A DNA stretch of 64,000 nt from an uncultured Nitrososphaerota archaeon. GTDB taxonomy: Archaea; Thermoproteota; Nitrososphaeria; Nitrososphaerales; Nitrosopumilaceae. Both the position numbers and the translations under genes were made by a program. Shown piece by piece: positions 1 to 10,875 of the stretch; the stretch's first letter is position 1; each line of letters starts with the position of its first letter. The notes beneath the pieces were generated by a model, which worked only from the letters and a program-made list of their open reading frames with translations, did not search any database and was not told the DNA's origin. The DNA lies in the NCBI GenBank assembly GCA_963824385.1, contig CAWGPD010000004.1:480001-544000 (forward strand), written 5' to 3'.

Positions 1-456
1 GTTTCAAAAGCACATGCATTAATTGGTGAATATCCAGACGTATTTTCAGTTCCCGTAGATATTGCGGTAGAAAGAAATGGAAAAAGAGTGGAGATGGATG
101 TTCGTGAACTCATAAAAGGTGATCAAATATTTGACTTGGGACCAAAATCAGTAGATTATTATCTAAAATCAATCCAAAGTGCAGGAACTGTTTTTATGAG
201 CGGTCCTGCAGGATTTTTTGAAAATGAAGATTTCAAGTTTGGAACAGAGTCGCTGCTCAGAGGAGTAGCAAATTCATTTGCAACTACAATTGTAAGTGGA
301 GGTCACCTGACTGCTGCATTAAAGAGATATGGCCTTGCTGAAAAAATAAATCATATCAGTACTGCAGGAGGAGCTTTGGTATTATACTTGACAGGGGTAA
401 AGCTTCCAATGATACAGGCGTTAGAAGAAGCAGCTGCTAGATATCGTTCTAAATAG
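1..456 (+). CDS. pgk: Phosphoglycerate kinase, C-terminal part (5' truncated by the window edge)
   Basis: DLGPKS, SGPAGFFE, SGGH and HISTAGGA motifs of the PGK C-domain; frame open from base 1. Confidence 0.93.
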   Translation, partial: VSKAHALIGEYPDVFSVPVDIAVERNGKRVEMDVRELIKGDQIFDLGPKSVDYYLKSIQSAGTVFMSGPAGFFENEDFKFGTESLLRGVANSFATTIVSGGHLTAALKRYGLAEKINHISTAGGALVLYLTGVKLPMIQALEEAAARYRSK

Positions 457-787
457 TTGCCTTACACTCAGAGTTAGGACACACCCGAGGTTCCATTTTT
501 CCCAAGTAAATTTCTTGGTTGCACGAATTACATTTTATTTTCTCTACAACATCAAAGAGCTTGTAATGATTAGTAGTAAAGTTTTGGGCAATCTGTCTGA
601 TTAAACCACCATCACGTAATTGGTTAAAGTATTGTTCCACGTCATCAATTGTAATAGAAGGTTCCAATCCAGTATTTCTAAGCAATTCAAAGATTTCATC
701 ATTTGTAAATCTTAGATTAGGGTCATTGAACTTTTCAAAAATAATTTTTCTAATCTGGAGCGGTAGCGCCACACTCGGTATAGTCAA
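449..787 (-). CDS. Hypothetical protein, helical/wHTH-like N-terminus with C-terminal Zn ribbon
   Basis: CNSC...CPNSEC; last gene of the suf run. Confidence 0.65.
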   Translation of the reverse strand: MTIPSVALPLQIRKIIFEKFNDPNLRFTNDEIFELLRNTGLEPSITIDDVEQYFNQLRDGGLIRQIAQNFTTNHYKLFDVVEKIKCNSCNQEIYLGKMEPRVCPNSECKATI

Positions 788-788
788 T

Positions 789-1229
789 TTAGTAAAGACC
801 CGAGGCTTGTTCTTTTATCTGATCTGCTGACGCAGTGTCTTTTAGCTTGTCAACAATGTAGGAATAAAGTCCAGATTTGAGAACCTTTAATGATAATAAA
901 GCACATTTTATTCTAGCAGGTCCAAGATCACGAAGTCCCAGATTATCAAGAATGTCTTCTTTAGTAAGTTTTTTCACATATTCAAAATCTTTGCCCATGA
1001 TAAGCTCTGTAAGCATTGATGCACTTGCCTGGCTTATGGCACATCCTTTTCCAGTGAATTTCACGTCTGCAACCTTATCATCTTTTATGTTAAGATGCAT
1101 TTCCAGTTCATCTCCGCAAAGAGGGTTACTGTCACGTTGAGAAATATCTGGATCTGGTATCTTACCATAATTTCGTGGGTTTCTGTAATAATCAAGAATT
1201 ATCTCTCGGTAAATATCAGCACTACTCAT
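789..1229 (-). CDS. sufU: SufU/IscU-family Fe-S scaffold
   Basis: NPLCGD, GCAISQASAS and RIKCA motifs. Confidence 0.92.
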   Translation of the reverse strand: MSSADIYREIILDYYRNPRNYGKIPDPDISQRDSNPLCGDELEMHLNIKDDKVADVKFTGKGCAISQASASMLTELIMGKDFEYVKKLTKEDILDNLGLRDLGPARIKCALLSLKVLKSGLYSYIVDKLKDTASADQIKEQASGLY

Positions 1230-2470
1230 ATCCTAAACAATTCCTTTGCTCTGTTAAGGGATTTGATAAAAACATCTACCTCTTCTTTTGTATTATAGAT
1301 ATAAAAGCTTGCGCGAGATGTTGCAGATACATCTAATCTTTCCATCAAGACCTGTGCACAATGATGACCAGAACGTATTGCTATTCCATCTTCGTCAATT
1401 ATAGTAGCAAGATCATGTGGATGTATATCTCCCAAGTTAAAAGAAATAACACCTCCTCGTTTTGTTATGTCTTTTGGACCGTATAGAATTATCCCTTTCA
1501 TTTGAGAAAGTTTATCCAGCGCATATTTTGTTAATTCCATTTCATGTTCTCTCACCTTGTCCATACCTATTCTATCAAGATAATCTATTGCTGCTGCAAA
1601 TCCTATGACATCTGCAATATTAGGAGTTCCTGCTTCAAACTTGTATGGAAGATCGTTCCATGTTGTTTCATACTTGTGAACTTCACGTATCATATCTCCT
1701 CCCCCGTTAAAGGGAACCATTCCTTGAAGTAATTCTTTTCTTGCCCAAAGGATTCCTACTCCAGTAGGACCAAGCATTTTGTGTGCTGAAAAAGCAAAAA
1801 AGTCACAGTCAAGTTTTTGGAGGTCAACTTTAAGATGTGGTGCAGATTGTGCTCCATCAATCAATACTCGCACGCCATATTTTTTACACCTATTGACAAT
1901 TTCCTCAGAGTTTGTTATTGTTCCCAAAACATTAGACATTTGACTAAATGTTACAATTTTCACCTTGCCAGTCTGAAGATATTTATCCAGGTGATCAAGA
2001 ATAAGTTCCCCATTGTCATCAACTCCAATGTATTCCAGTTTCGCGCCTTTTTCTTTTGCCAAAAGTTGCCATGGAACTATGTTACTGTGATGCTCATATT
2101 CCGTAGTTACGATAATATCGTCTTTGTTAACATTCTGTCTTCCCCATGCATAAGCAACAAGATTGATTGCCTCAGTAGTTCCTCTAACAAAGACAATCTC
2201 TTCACGATTTTTTGCATTGATGAATTTTGCCACCTTGTCTCTTGTTGCTTCATATGCAAGTGTTGCCTCTTCAGCAAGTTCATGAACAGCCCTGTGTATA
2301 TTGGAATTGTAAGTTAGGTAATAGTTACTGATGGCGTCGATTACTTGAATGGGTTTTTGAGTAGTGGCAGCATTATCAAGATAAACAAGTGGTTTATCCT
2401 TGTGCACCTTTCTTTTTAGAATTGGAAAATCGTTTCTAATATTTTCAATATTTATGAAACTTGTTTGCAT
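1226..2470 (-). CDS. sufS: Cysteine desulfurase, SufS type
   Basis: YLDNAATTQKP, SAHKMLGP and RSGHHCA motifs. Confidence 0.96.
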   Translation of the reverse strand: MQTSFINIENIRNDFPILKRKVHKDKPLVYLDNAATTQKPIQVIDAISNYYLTYNSNIHRAVHELAEEATLAYEATRDKVAKFINAKNREEIVFVRGTTEAINLVAYAWGRQNVNKDDIIVTTEYEHHSNIVPWQLLAKEKGAKLEYIGVDDNGELILDHLDKYLQTGKVKIVTFSQMSNVLGTITNSEEIVNRCKKYGVRVLIDGAQSAPHLKVDLQKLDCDFFAFSAHKMLGPTGVGILWARKELLQGMVPFNGGGDMIREVHKYETTWNDLPYKFEAGTPNIADVIGFAAAIDYLDRIGMDKVREHEMELTKYALDKLSQMKGIILYGPKDITKRGGVISFNLGDIHPHDLATIIDEDGIAIRSGHHCAQVLMERLDVSATSRASFYIYNTKEEVDVFIKSLNRAKELFRI

Positions 2471-2471
2471 A

Positions 2472-2783
2472 TTAATTAACCTCGATGTAGATCTCGTTTT
2501 GTTCTATTTTAACATTGTAGATTTTTAATGGTATTTCGGCAGGGAGATTCTCTGGTACACCGGTTTTTAGATTAAAAGTTGAGAGATGTAATGGACACGT
2601 TACACCCTCTTCGGTCAATATGCCCGTTGAAAGGTCAGCATCTGCATGGGTACAAATTCTGTCTGATGCATATATTTTTCCATCTAGATTTGCAAGTAAG
2701 ATCTTCTTTTCTTTATAATCAAAGTCAATCATCTCACCTTTCTTTAGCTGATTTATTTTGCAAACATTTACCCAATTAGACAA
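2472..2783 (-). CDS. Rieske-type [2Fe-2S] ferredoxin
   Basis: CTH...CPLH; TTG start at 2783 chosen because the upstream part of the listed ORF overlaps the true sufD 3' end. Confidence 0.88.
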   Translation of the reverse strand: MSNWVNVCKINQLKKGEMIDFDYKEKKILLANLDGKIYASDRICTHADADLSTGILTEEGVTCPLHLSTFNLKTGVPENLPAEIPLKIYNVKIEQNEIYIEVN

Positions 2784-2787
2784 GATC

Positions 2788-4189
2788 TCACCTGTATTTG
2801 TAATGACTTTCAAATGTATCAGTTTCACGATATCTTGTTTCTTCAACTTCAAGCATAGTCTTCGAGTTGTTCATCGGTCTTGATAGTCAAATTGCGTCCT
2901 GCCCACTTGGAATCTATCAGGTAACTTATCCATGCACGAACCTGATATGACATCTTTCTTGAAAGAGGTTCAAGAAACCCTTCCACAATAATTTTCTGAG
3001 CATCAGATTTGCTCAAGCATCGTGTAGCAAGATAAAAGATCTGTTCCTCATCCATCTGAGCTACTGAAGCAGAGTGTGTTGCCTTGACATCATTTGTGAA
3101 TATTTCAAGCCCAGGTATAGAATCTGACTTGGCTCCCTTGTCCAATAAAATAGAGTGTCCTGAGAGGTATGATTCTGCATGGTGAGCATCTTTCTCAATT
3201 CGTATCATTCCCTTAAAGAGAGATTTTGCTGTATCTTTAAGGACAGATTTTTCTAAAACTCTGCCAATTGTAGATGGAGCATTATGAATCAAATTTGAAG
3301 CAAGATCGTATGATTGGTTTTTGTTTCCAAAAACCACTTCAGTATCTTGTGCAGTTGCGCCAGGACCATTAAGAAAATTATCTACCTTGTATCTAGAAAG
3401 ATGTGAGCCAAACAATCCAAGATACCAGTTCATTCTCCCATCACGCTCTATTCTTGCCACTCTTGAAGAGAAATTAACAGCTGTTTCATCCATTGCTTGG
3501 AGCGTAACCAAGTCAAATTGACTGTTAGAACCTACTGATATATCCAATAATTCAAGATACGCTTGTTGTTTTGTGGCCTGCGGAGCATAAATCTCTTGAA
3601 CAATTGATGCCTTGCTATTCTCCTCTGCCACTATAACATTACGAGATATTGTTGAAGTTTGATCTAGTGAGAGTGATGACACGACATGAATTGCTTTTTC
3701 CAAAATGAGATTTTTTGGGATATAGATAAAAATTCCAGAGTTGAAAAAAGCATTATTTAGTGCAATGTATTTGTCTCTCTTTGAATCAGTTTGTTCAAAT
3801 GACTTTTTTATTTTGTCACCATGATTTTTTATTGCGTCATGGATTGAACATATTACAAGGCCCTTGTCTCTTAACTCAGATGGAATGCTAATTTTATGAA
3901 TATTTGTTCCAATCTGAACTATGCTAGGATTTTCGCCAATTTCCAATAATCTGTCTTTTACAAAATCTGGAATAGTACTGTCAGAGCTTAAAGAGAATGT
4001 GATTTGTTCTGGATCCATCTTGTTTGCATCACTGTACTTGTTGTAAAGAGGAGAGACTTCTTGTGGAAGTTGCTGAAACATTGCAAAAGCATTTTTTCTA
4101 TATTCTTTTAGCCATGCAGGATCATTATTGACTTCAGAGATCTCTTCTATATGATTAGAGTCAAGTTTAGAGAGAACAAAAGATGACAT
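2788..4189 (-). CDS. sufD: Fe-S assembly protein SufD (1-nt insertion at ~2859)
   Basis: SufBD beta-helix (IPGLEIFTNDVKATHSA); restoring AGCT extends the C-terminus to ...LEAMLEVEETRYRETDTFESHYKYR*. Confidence 0.9.
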
Positions 4190-4217
4190 TTCAGATCACA
4201 AATTGACACAATCGGCA

Positions 4218-5618
4218 CTAGCCGACTGAGCCATCCATTTCCATTTTAATCAGCCTGTTGAGTTCTACTGCATATTCCATTGGAAGCTCTTTGGTAAATG
4301 GTTCAATGAATCCGTTTACAATAAGTGTAAGTGCTTCTTCCTCCGTGAATCCCCTTGTCATAAGATAGAAGATCTGTTCATCACCAATCTTACCGACAGT
4401 TGCCTCATGAGTTACTGTTGCGTCTTCTTGGTTAATTTCCATATATGGATAAGTGTCAGTTTTTGATATATCATCTAATAGTAAAGCATCACATCTAACA
4501 GAGGCCTTGACGTTGGTTGCACCCTTTGCTACATGTAAAAGACCTCGATAGGTGGTTCTTCCATTATTTTTGCTGACTGATTTAGATGTTGTTCTAGATG
4601 TGGTATTTGGAGCAAGATGTACCATTTTTGCACCAGTATCTTGATGTTGATTTTTGCCTGCAAATGCAATAGAAAGTGTTTCTCCATGTGCACGTTGACC
4701 TAGGAGATAAATTCCAGGATATTTCATCGTCAATTTACTGCCAATATTTCCATCAATCCATTCTACACGTGCGCCTTCGTATGCATATGCTCTCTTTGTA
4801 ACAAGATTGTAAACATCGTTACTCCAATTCTGAATTGTGGTGTATCTTAATTTTGCACCCTTCATGGCAATCAATTCCACAACTGCAGAGTGCAAAGATT
4901 CGGAAGAATATACAGGAGCAGTACAACCTTCGATATAATGTACTTCTGCACCCTCATCTGCAATTATAAGAGTTCTTTCAAATTGACCAATGTTTTCCTT
5001 GTTGATTCTAAAGTATGCTTGTAATGGTAAATCTACTTTAACTCCTTTTGGAACGTAGATAAATGATCCTCCACTCCATACAGCACTGTTGAGTGCTGCA
5101 AACTTGTTATCTTCTGGTGGTATTACTTTACCAAAATATTTTTTGAAGACTTCAGGATGCTCTTTTAATGCAGTATCAGTATCTAGGAATAGTACACCTT
5201 GTTTTGCAAGGTCTTCTCTGAGATGATGATAAACAACTTCTGACTCGTATTGAGCACCTACACCTGCTAGAAATTTCTTTTCGGCTTCTGGAATTCCTAA
5301 TTTATCAAATGTTGCTTTTACTTCAGCTGGAACATTATCCCAGTCCTTTTCTGTTTTTTCAGAAGCTTTTGCATAATAGTAGATATTATTAAAATCAATT
5401 TGGCCAAGAGAACCACCCCAATTTGGCATGGGTTTTTTCATAAATATGTCATATGAACGGAGTCTAAAGTCAAGCATCCATTGTGGTTCACCCTTCATTC
5501 TGCTAATTTCTTCGACGACTTCCTTTGACAGACCCTTTTTACTAGTGTATACATACATCTCAGTAGAATCTTTGAAATCATATTTACTGTAATCCATGTT
5601 TAGATTCTCAGAAGTCAT
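4218..5618 (-). CDS. sufB: Fe-S assembly protein SufB
   Basis: [24 protein letters not shown] and ELPMEYAVE motifs. Confidence 0.97.
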   Translation of the reverse strand: MTSENLNMDYSKYDFKDSTEMYVYTSKKGLSKEVVEEISRMKGEPQWMLDFRLRSYDIFMKKPMPNWGGSLGQIDFNNIYYYAKASEKTEKDWDNVPAEVKATFDKLGIPEAEKKFLAGVGAQYESEVVYHHLREDLAKQGVLFLDTDTALKEHPEVFKKYFGKVIPPEDNKFAALNSAVWSGGSFIYVPKGVKVDLPLQAYFRINKENIGQFERTLIIADEGAEVHYIEGCTAPVYSSESLHSAVVELIAMKGAKLRYTTIQNWSNDVYNLVTKRAYAYEGARVEWIDGNIGSKLTMKYPGIYLLGQRAHGETLSIAFAGKNQHQDTGAKMVHLAPNTTSRTTSKSVSKNNGRTTYRGLLHVAKGATNVKASVRCDALLLDDISKTDTYPYMEINQEDATVTHEATVGKIGDEQIFYLMTRGFTEEEALTLIVNGFIEPFTKELPMEYAVELNRLIKMEMDGSVG

Positions 5619-5624
5619 AGTGTC

Positions 5625-5649
5625 TATAACCCCGTTATATTATAAAAAA
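5625..5649 (-). promoter_or_regulatory. sufB TATA box with adjacent palindrome TATAAC-N3-GTTATA
   Basis: TTTTTTATAATA on the minus strand 20-31 nt upstream of the ATG; perfect 6-bp inverted repeat at 5625-5639. Confidence 0.55.
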
Positions 5650-5846
5650 GTTACACCACGCTTCACACTTGTATAGCGGAGTAGGCCAAGCTAAATAGTC
5701 CGAGAAAATAAAATGAAAAAAGACAAGTCATCTAAGAATCTCATTCCAATAACTTAGAATAAGAAATTGCTAACCTTTACGATGAAAGATAGAATTAAAA
5801 ATTATTTTTGGATCATTTTAGACCATTTTATGGTAATGATTCGTAT

Positions 5847-7023
5847 CTAACTCCAAACTTTTTCTTGGAAAGTCCATTTTTTATTTAGTAAGAAATTTCC
5901 TACTGACGCAATAGCGACTGCTAAGAATAACGCAATAGAGTAATTCAAGTGTCGCAATTCAACTAGACCATACACCAGCAACAGTTGAAAGACTGCACCA
6001 ATACCACTAAAACCAAGGAATAATCCATATTGAACCAGTGTTCTTTTTGGATTAAAGTTTCTATCTTCAAATGTCCAGATCTTGTTGAGGACAAAATTAG
6101 AACTCATTGAGAAAACAATTCCTATCATTGTAGCATAGATATACCAAAGATTGGAAAGGACAGCCCCAAACATAAAAGATACAAAATAGTTTACTAGCAA
6201 TCCAGAAGCACCAACAGTATAAAATCTTCCAGCCTTTGACAAGAAATGGACAGATGTACGCTTTTCAGTTGTTTTTACAGATTTACCATATCGATATAAT
6301 TTCCACACAGATTGTAAATAATTAATACATACTGAAAAATCCATCTTGCTTGAACCCATTGTGCGATCAATGAAATTATAAGGAATTTCTTTGACTTTTG
6401 CACCTCGCGCTTTTACAAGAATCTCAAGTAGTATTTTATATCCAATCGCATCAAATTTTATGTTATTTAGAATATGACGTTTGAATGCAAAAAATCCAGA
6501 CATTGGATCTTTAATTTTTATTCCAAGTCCATGTTGAGCAATTTTGGTGGCTCCTTTACTAATTAATTTTCTTTTAAATGGCCAACCTGAAACAGAGCCA
6601 CCTTTCACATATCGTGATGCCACAACAATATCGCAATCAGAATTTTGTAGTTCTTCTATCATTTGAGGTATAGTTTGTGGCGGATGAGATAGATCACTAT
6701 CCATTACGACTACAGCATCACCTTTTGCATGTTCTATACCAGTTACAATGGCAGAACTTAGTCCTCAGCTTGGTCTCACGACGTATTATATGAATAGAAT
6801 AATCATGGTTTTTGGAGTTTTTGGCGTACTCTTCAACAGTCTTACTTGTACCGTCAGGAGAATTATCATCTACTACTATTATTTCAGCATTCATTTCTCG
6901 TGTTAGTGCTGTCCTAAATGAATCAAGTATTTTTACAATATTTTTAGATTCATTATATGTAGGAATAACGATGGAAAGAGATCTTGCTCTACTAGATAAT
7001 ACTTCCTTCTGAATTATACTCAA
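5847..7023 (-). CDS. GT2 dolichol-phosphate-mannose synthase-like glycosyltransferase with C-terminal GtrA domain (frameshift at ~6766)
   Basis: IVIPTYNE, VDDNSPDGT, MDSDLSHPP and DPMSGFF motifs plus GtrA helices; the two ORFs join on removing 1 nt next to AGCT. Confidence 0.9.
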
Positions 7024-7073
7024 GTTGCTTTCTGTTATTTTATGCCTATTTGACCGTTATTAAAATTGTCCAT

Positions 7074-7868
7074 CTAACAAAAGCAATTCTTGATTGATTC
7101 CACTGCGCCAGATACGGTATGTACATCTGCAATGATAGGTTTTACTTCAAATTTCTTAAGCTCATCAGAAGTGAATGGTCCTATTGCAATAATAGTAGTT
7201 TTTCCCAATTGTTGCTTTAGAGTTTTTTCATCATAATCAGCTAACATTATATCAAAAAATGCTCTAACTGATGAAGCACTGGTAAAAATAATTCCATCAA
7301 CTTTATTTCGTGAAAAAAGTTCTTTGAATTCTACCCAATAAGATAATGCACTGGAAGATTTTACATCATACAGATAGACTTCTTTTACTTCAACTCCGAT
7401 CTTTTCTAGTAGATGTGCAAGAAATGGTGTTGATGCGCCACTTCTTGGTATAATTGCTTTTTTTCCTTCGGCATTAAGAGTGGTAAAGACTTCTCCCACT
7501 CCAACTGATGAAAATCTATCTGGAACATGTGATACTCTAATACCCTCTAATTCTAGAGCAGATTTTGTTTTAGGTCCTACTGCAATTACGGTAGTATTTG
7601 CAATAGCAAGCTGAAGCTTCTCATATTTTGAAATTTTCTTTGCAGTATCAAACAAAAGTTTTACCGCCTTTGAGCTCATAAATACAGAATAATCCGGATC
7701 ATCGTTTCTGATAGCATCAAGGAATTCGTCCACCATATCGTTGCCTTTGCTTACTAACTCTATTGTTGGTAACGATATTGCTTTTGCTTTTGCGTCAGAC
7801 ATTAATCGTATAAATTCCTCAGAATCATCTTTTGATCTGGTGATGGCAATCACTTTTCCTTGCATCAT
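7074..7868 (-). CDS. hemD: Uroporphyrinogen-III synthase
   Basis: AVGPKT, FTSASSV and AIGPFT motifs; position in the hem operon. Confidence 0.9.
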   Translation of the reverse strand: MMQGKVIAITRSKDDSEEFIRLMSDAKAKAISLPTIELVSKGNDMVDEFLDAIRNDDPDYSVFMSSKAVKLLFDTAKKISKYEKLQLAIANTTVIAVGPKTKSALELEGIRVSHVPDRFSSVGVGEVFTTLNAEGKKAIIPRSGASTPFLAHLLEKIGVEVKEVYLYDVKSSSALSYWVEFKELFSRNKVDGIIFTSASSVRAFFDIMLADYDEKTLKQQLGKTTIIAIGPFTSDELKKFEVKPIIADVHTVSGAVESIKNCFC

Positions 7869-8608
7869 TATCTCCACCCTATTTTATCAGAGAGATTTAC
7901 TACCTTGCCTACTATAATAATAGTCGGAGGTTTAATTTTTGCCTCGCTTACTTTTTTTGATATATTGGATAGAGTGCCTTTTATCAGTCTATGTTCATCA
8001 GTCGTTCCATTTTGAATTACAGCCACAGGTGTATTCTTGTCAAGTCCTCCACTAATCAATTTCTTTGATATTATCTCAAGTCGTGATAGGCCCATCATTA
8101 TCACTATGGTGTCAACTGCTTTTGCAAGTTTTTTCCAGTCAACTGCTCCTTCTGTTTTCTTGGCATCTTCGTGACCAGTAACAAATACTACAGATGATGC
8201 GTAATCTCTGTGTGTAAGAGGTATTCCAGAGTATTCTGCAGATCCAATACCAGACGTAATACCAGGAATTATTTCATATTTGACTTTGTGTTCTCTAAGG
8301 AATTCTGCCTCTTCTCCCCCTCTCCCAAAGATGAAAGGATCTCCTCCTTTCAATCTCACGACATTTTTATTTTTTTTAGCAAGTTTTACCATTAGATCAT
8401 TTGTAGTATCTTGATGTTTGTAATCATCACCAACGTCTCTTCCAACATACATTTTTTCAGCATTTTTTGGAATCATCGCAACAATTTTTTTACTGACTAG
8501 TCTATCATATAGAACTACATCCGACGATTTAATCGCTTCAACAGCTTTTAGTGTAATAAGTTTTGGATCACCAGGGCCAGCACCAACAATGAAAACTTTT
8601 CCTGTCAT
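7868..8608 (-). CDS. cobA: Uroporphyrinogen-III C-methyltransferase
   Basis: VGAGPGDP and RLKGGDPFIFGRGGEE motifs. Confidence 0.95.
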   Translation of the reverse strand: MTGKVFIVGAGPGDPKLITLKAVEAIKSSDVVLYDRLVSKKIVAMIPKNAEKMYVGRDVGDDYKHQDTTNDLMVKLAKKNKNVVRLKGGDPFIFGRGGEEAEFLREHKVKYEIIPGITSGIGSAEYSGIPLTHRDYASSVVFVTGHEDAKKTEGAVDWKKLAKAVDTIVIMMGLSRLEIISKKLISGGLDKNTPVAVIQNGTTDEHRLIKGTLSNISKKVSEAKIKPPTIIIVGKVVNLSDKIGWR

Positions 8609-9541
8609 TTACTATTCCATTCCTCTACTTTTTCTCTCCAATTTTTTGCAATATCAGAAATTCCCTTTTCTTTAAGTTCTGATGCAACTTGTCTACCAAG
8701 ATCATTTGCCTGATTTATCTCTGAATCTTTTTCCACCATTATAGATTTGCTTCCATCTACAGAATAGACTATTACTTTTAATCGTAGGCGATCATTATCT
8801 TTATGAGCAAATGCTCCAACTGGAAATCTACATCCAGAATCTACAAACATGGAAAGCGATCTTTCTGCTTCTATTGCGTTTCTAGTCTCAGGATCTTCAA
8901 TTTGTCGTAACAATTCAATTAATCCTACATTATCTCTTCTTGAAACAATACCAAGTGCACCTTGTCCAGGAGAAGGAGGAAATAAGTCCATGGAAAGTCT
9001 TTGAAATTTAACATCTAGTCCTAATCTTGAGATTCCAGCTTGGGCCAATACCACACCATCAAATTCTCCGTCATGTACTTTTCGTATTCTTGTTTCAATA
9101 TTTCCACGAATTGGTTTTACTGTAACATCTGGCCTAAGTCTGGTAATCTGAACTGCTCTTCTCAAGCTACTAGTCCCAATAACTGCCCCCTTTTTTATTG
9201 TGTCCAACATACTTCCATCGTTTGCTATAAAGACATCATTTGCCTCTTCTCTTTTTGGAACACATGCTAATACCAAATCATCAGGTAGTTCGGCAGGAAC
9301 ATCTTTCAGACTATGTACTGCAAAGTCAACTCTCTTTTCTGCAACCGCTTTATCGATTTCCTTTTCAAATATTCCTTTTTGATTGATAGTAAAAAGAGGA
9401 CGTGCGTCAGTATCACCTTGTGTCTTGATTGTAATTATCTCAAATTCTGTTTGGGGAGATTTATTTTTTATCTCAGATACTACCCAGTTTGTCTGAGTAA
9501 GTGAAAGCAAGACTACCCCTAGTACCAATTAGATATTTCAT
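8605..9541 (-). CDS. hemC: Hydroxymethylbilane synthase (1-nt insertion at ~9512)
   Basis: VHSLKDVP, GTSSLRR and RGNIETR motifs; repaired N-terminus MKYLIGTRGSLLSL carries the conserved GTRGS. Confidence 0.95.
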
Positions 9542-10815
9542 CATTTCACCGCTTTTAGTGCTTTTTCATAAGCAGAAATTGTTTTTCGTATATCATCTTT
9601 AGAGTGTTCATATGATAGAAAGACTGTCTCAAATTGAGACGGTGCAATGAAAATTCCATTTTTAAGCAACACTTCAAACAATTTTTTGAATTTTACCATA
9701 TCTGATTTTTTTGCGGAAGAATAATCCACAACTGGATCATTGGTAAAAAATATCTGGAACATGGACGAAATAGAATTAATTTGATGTGGAATTTTCATAT
9801 CGGATGCTAAATCATGTATTTCTGAAACTAGCTTTGTACAATTTTTTTCAAGTTTAGGATATAATTTGGACTGGAGTTTATTCATAGTTTTTACAGAAGA
9901 GACTCCCGCAGAAACAGATATTGGATTTCCTGCATAGGTACTAGCTTGATAGACTTTACCTTCAGGAGATAACATATCCATAATCTCATTTTTTCCTCCC
10001 ACTGCTGCAATTGGAAAACCATTTCCTAGCGATTTTCCAAGTGTGGTGATATCAGGTTTTATTGTAAAGTATTTTTGTGCACCTCCTGTAGACATTCTAA
10101 ATCCTGTAACTACCTCGTCAAAAATTAACATAGCATCATTTTCTGATGTGATCTTTCGTACCTCATTTAGAAAATTCTTTTCTGGTAGTACAAGACCCAT
10201 GTTTGCAAGAACTGGTTCTATAATTACTGCTGCCACGTCCTTTTCTTTTTCCAGCAGTGACTGTAATTCTTGAGAATTGTTATACTGTACTACAAGTGTG
10301 TTTTTTGAAACTTCTTCCAAACTTCCTTCTGAGACTGACATTCCAATATGTGCGGCACCTGAACCAGCTTTTACCAAAACATAATCATGTGCACCATGAT
10401 AACACCCCTCGAATTTTATTATTTTTTTCTTTTTTGTAAATCCCCTTGCTAATCTAATTGCAGTCATGGTTGCCTCGCTGCCAGTATTAACTAGACGTAT
10501 TTTTTCCATAGATGGAAAATTTCCATATATCAATTCAGAAAGTTCTACCTCAATTTCAGTAGGTGCACAATACAGAGTGCCCTTTTCTAGTTGTTTTTTA
10601 ACATTAGAGATGATTTCTTTTCGTCCATGTCCTAGGAGTAATGCACCATACGCATTACAATAATCAATGTAAGTTTTTCCATCTACATCCCACATCATAC
10701 TGCCTTTGGCTTTTTTAACAAAGAACGGATATGGATCATAATATCGTACAGGACTGTTAATACCGGATGGGATAATTTTTTTGGCACGTGCAAACAGATT
10801 CTTGGAACTTGTCAT
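9541..10815 (-). CDS. hemL: Glutamate-1-semialdehyde 2,1-aminomutase
   Basis: GINSPVR, FEGCYHG, FDEVVTGFR and APSQFE motifs. Confidence 0.96.
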   Translation of the reverse strand: MTSSKNLFARAKKIIPSGINSPVRYYDPYPFFVKKAKGSMMWDVDGKTYIDYCNAYGALLLGHGRKEIISNVKKQLEKGTLYCAPTEIEVELSELIYGNFPSMEKIRLVNTGSEATMTAIRLARGFTKKKKIIKFEGCYHGAHDYVLVKAGSGAAHIGMSVSEGSLEEVSKNTLVVQYNNSQELQSLLEKEKDVAAVIIEPVLANMGLVLPEKNFLNEVRKITSENDAMLIFDEVVTGFRMSTGGAQKYFTIKPDITTLGKSLGNGFPIAAVGGKNEIMDMLSPEGKVYQASTYAGNPISVSAGVSSVKTMNKLQSKLYPKLEKNCTKLVSEIHDLASDMKIPHQINSISSMFQIFFTNDPVVDYSSAKKSDMVKFKKLFEVLLKNGIFIAPSQFETVFLSYEHSKDDIRKTISAYEKALKAVK

Positions 10816-10875
10816 TTACCTAGAAAGAGATCGAATGTAATTATAATCTATATGAAAAATAACGTTATCAGAAAA

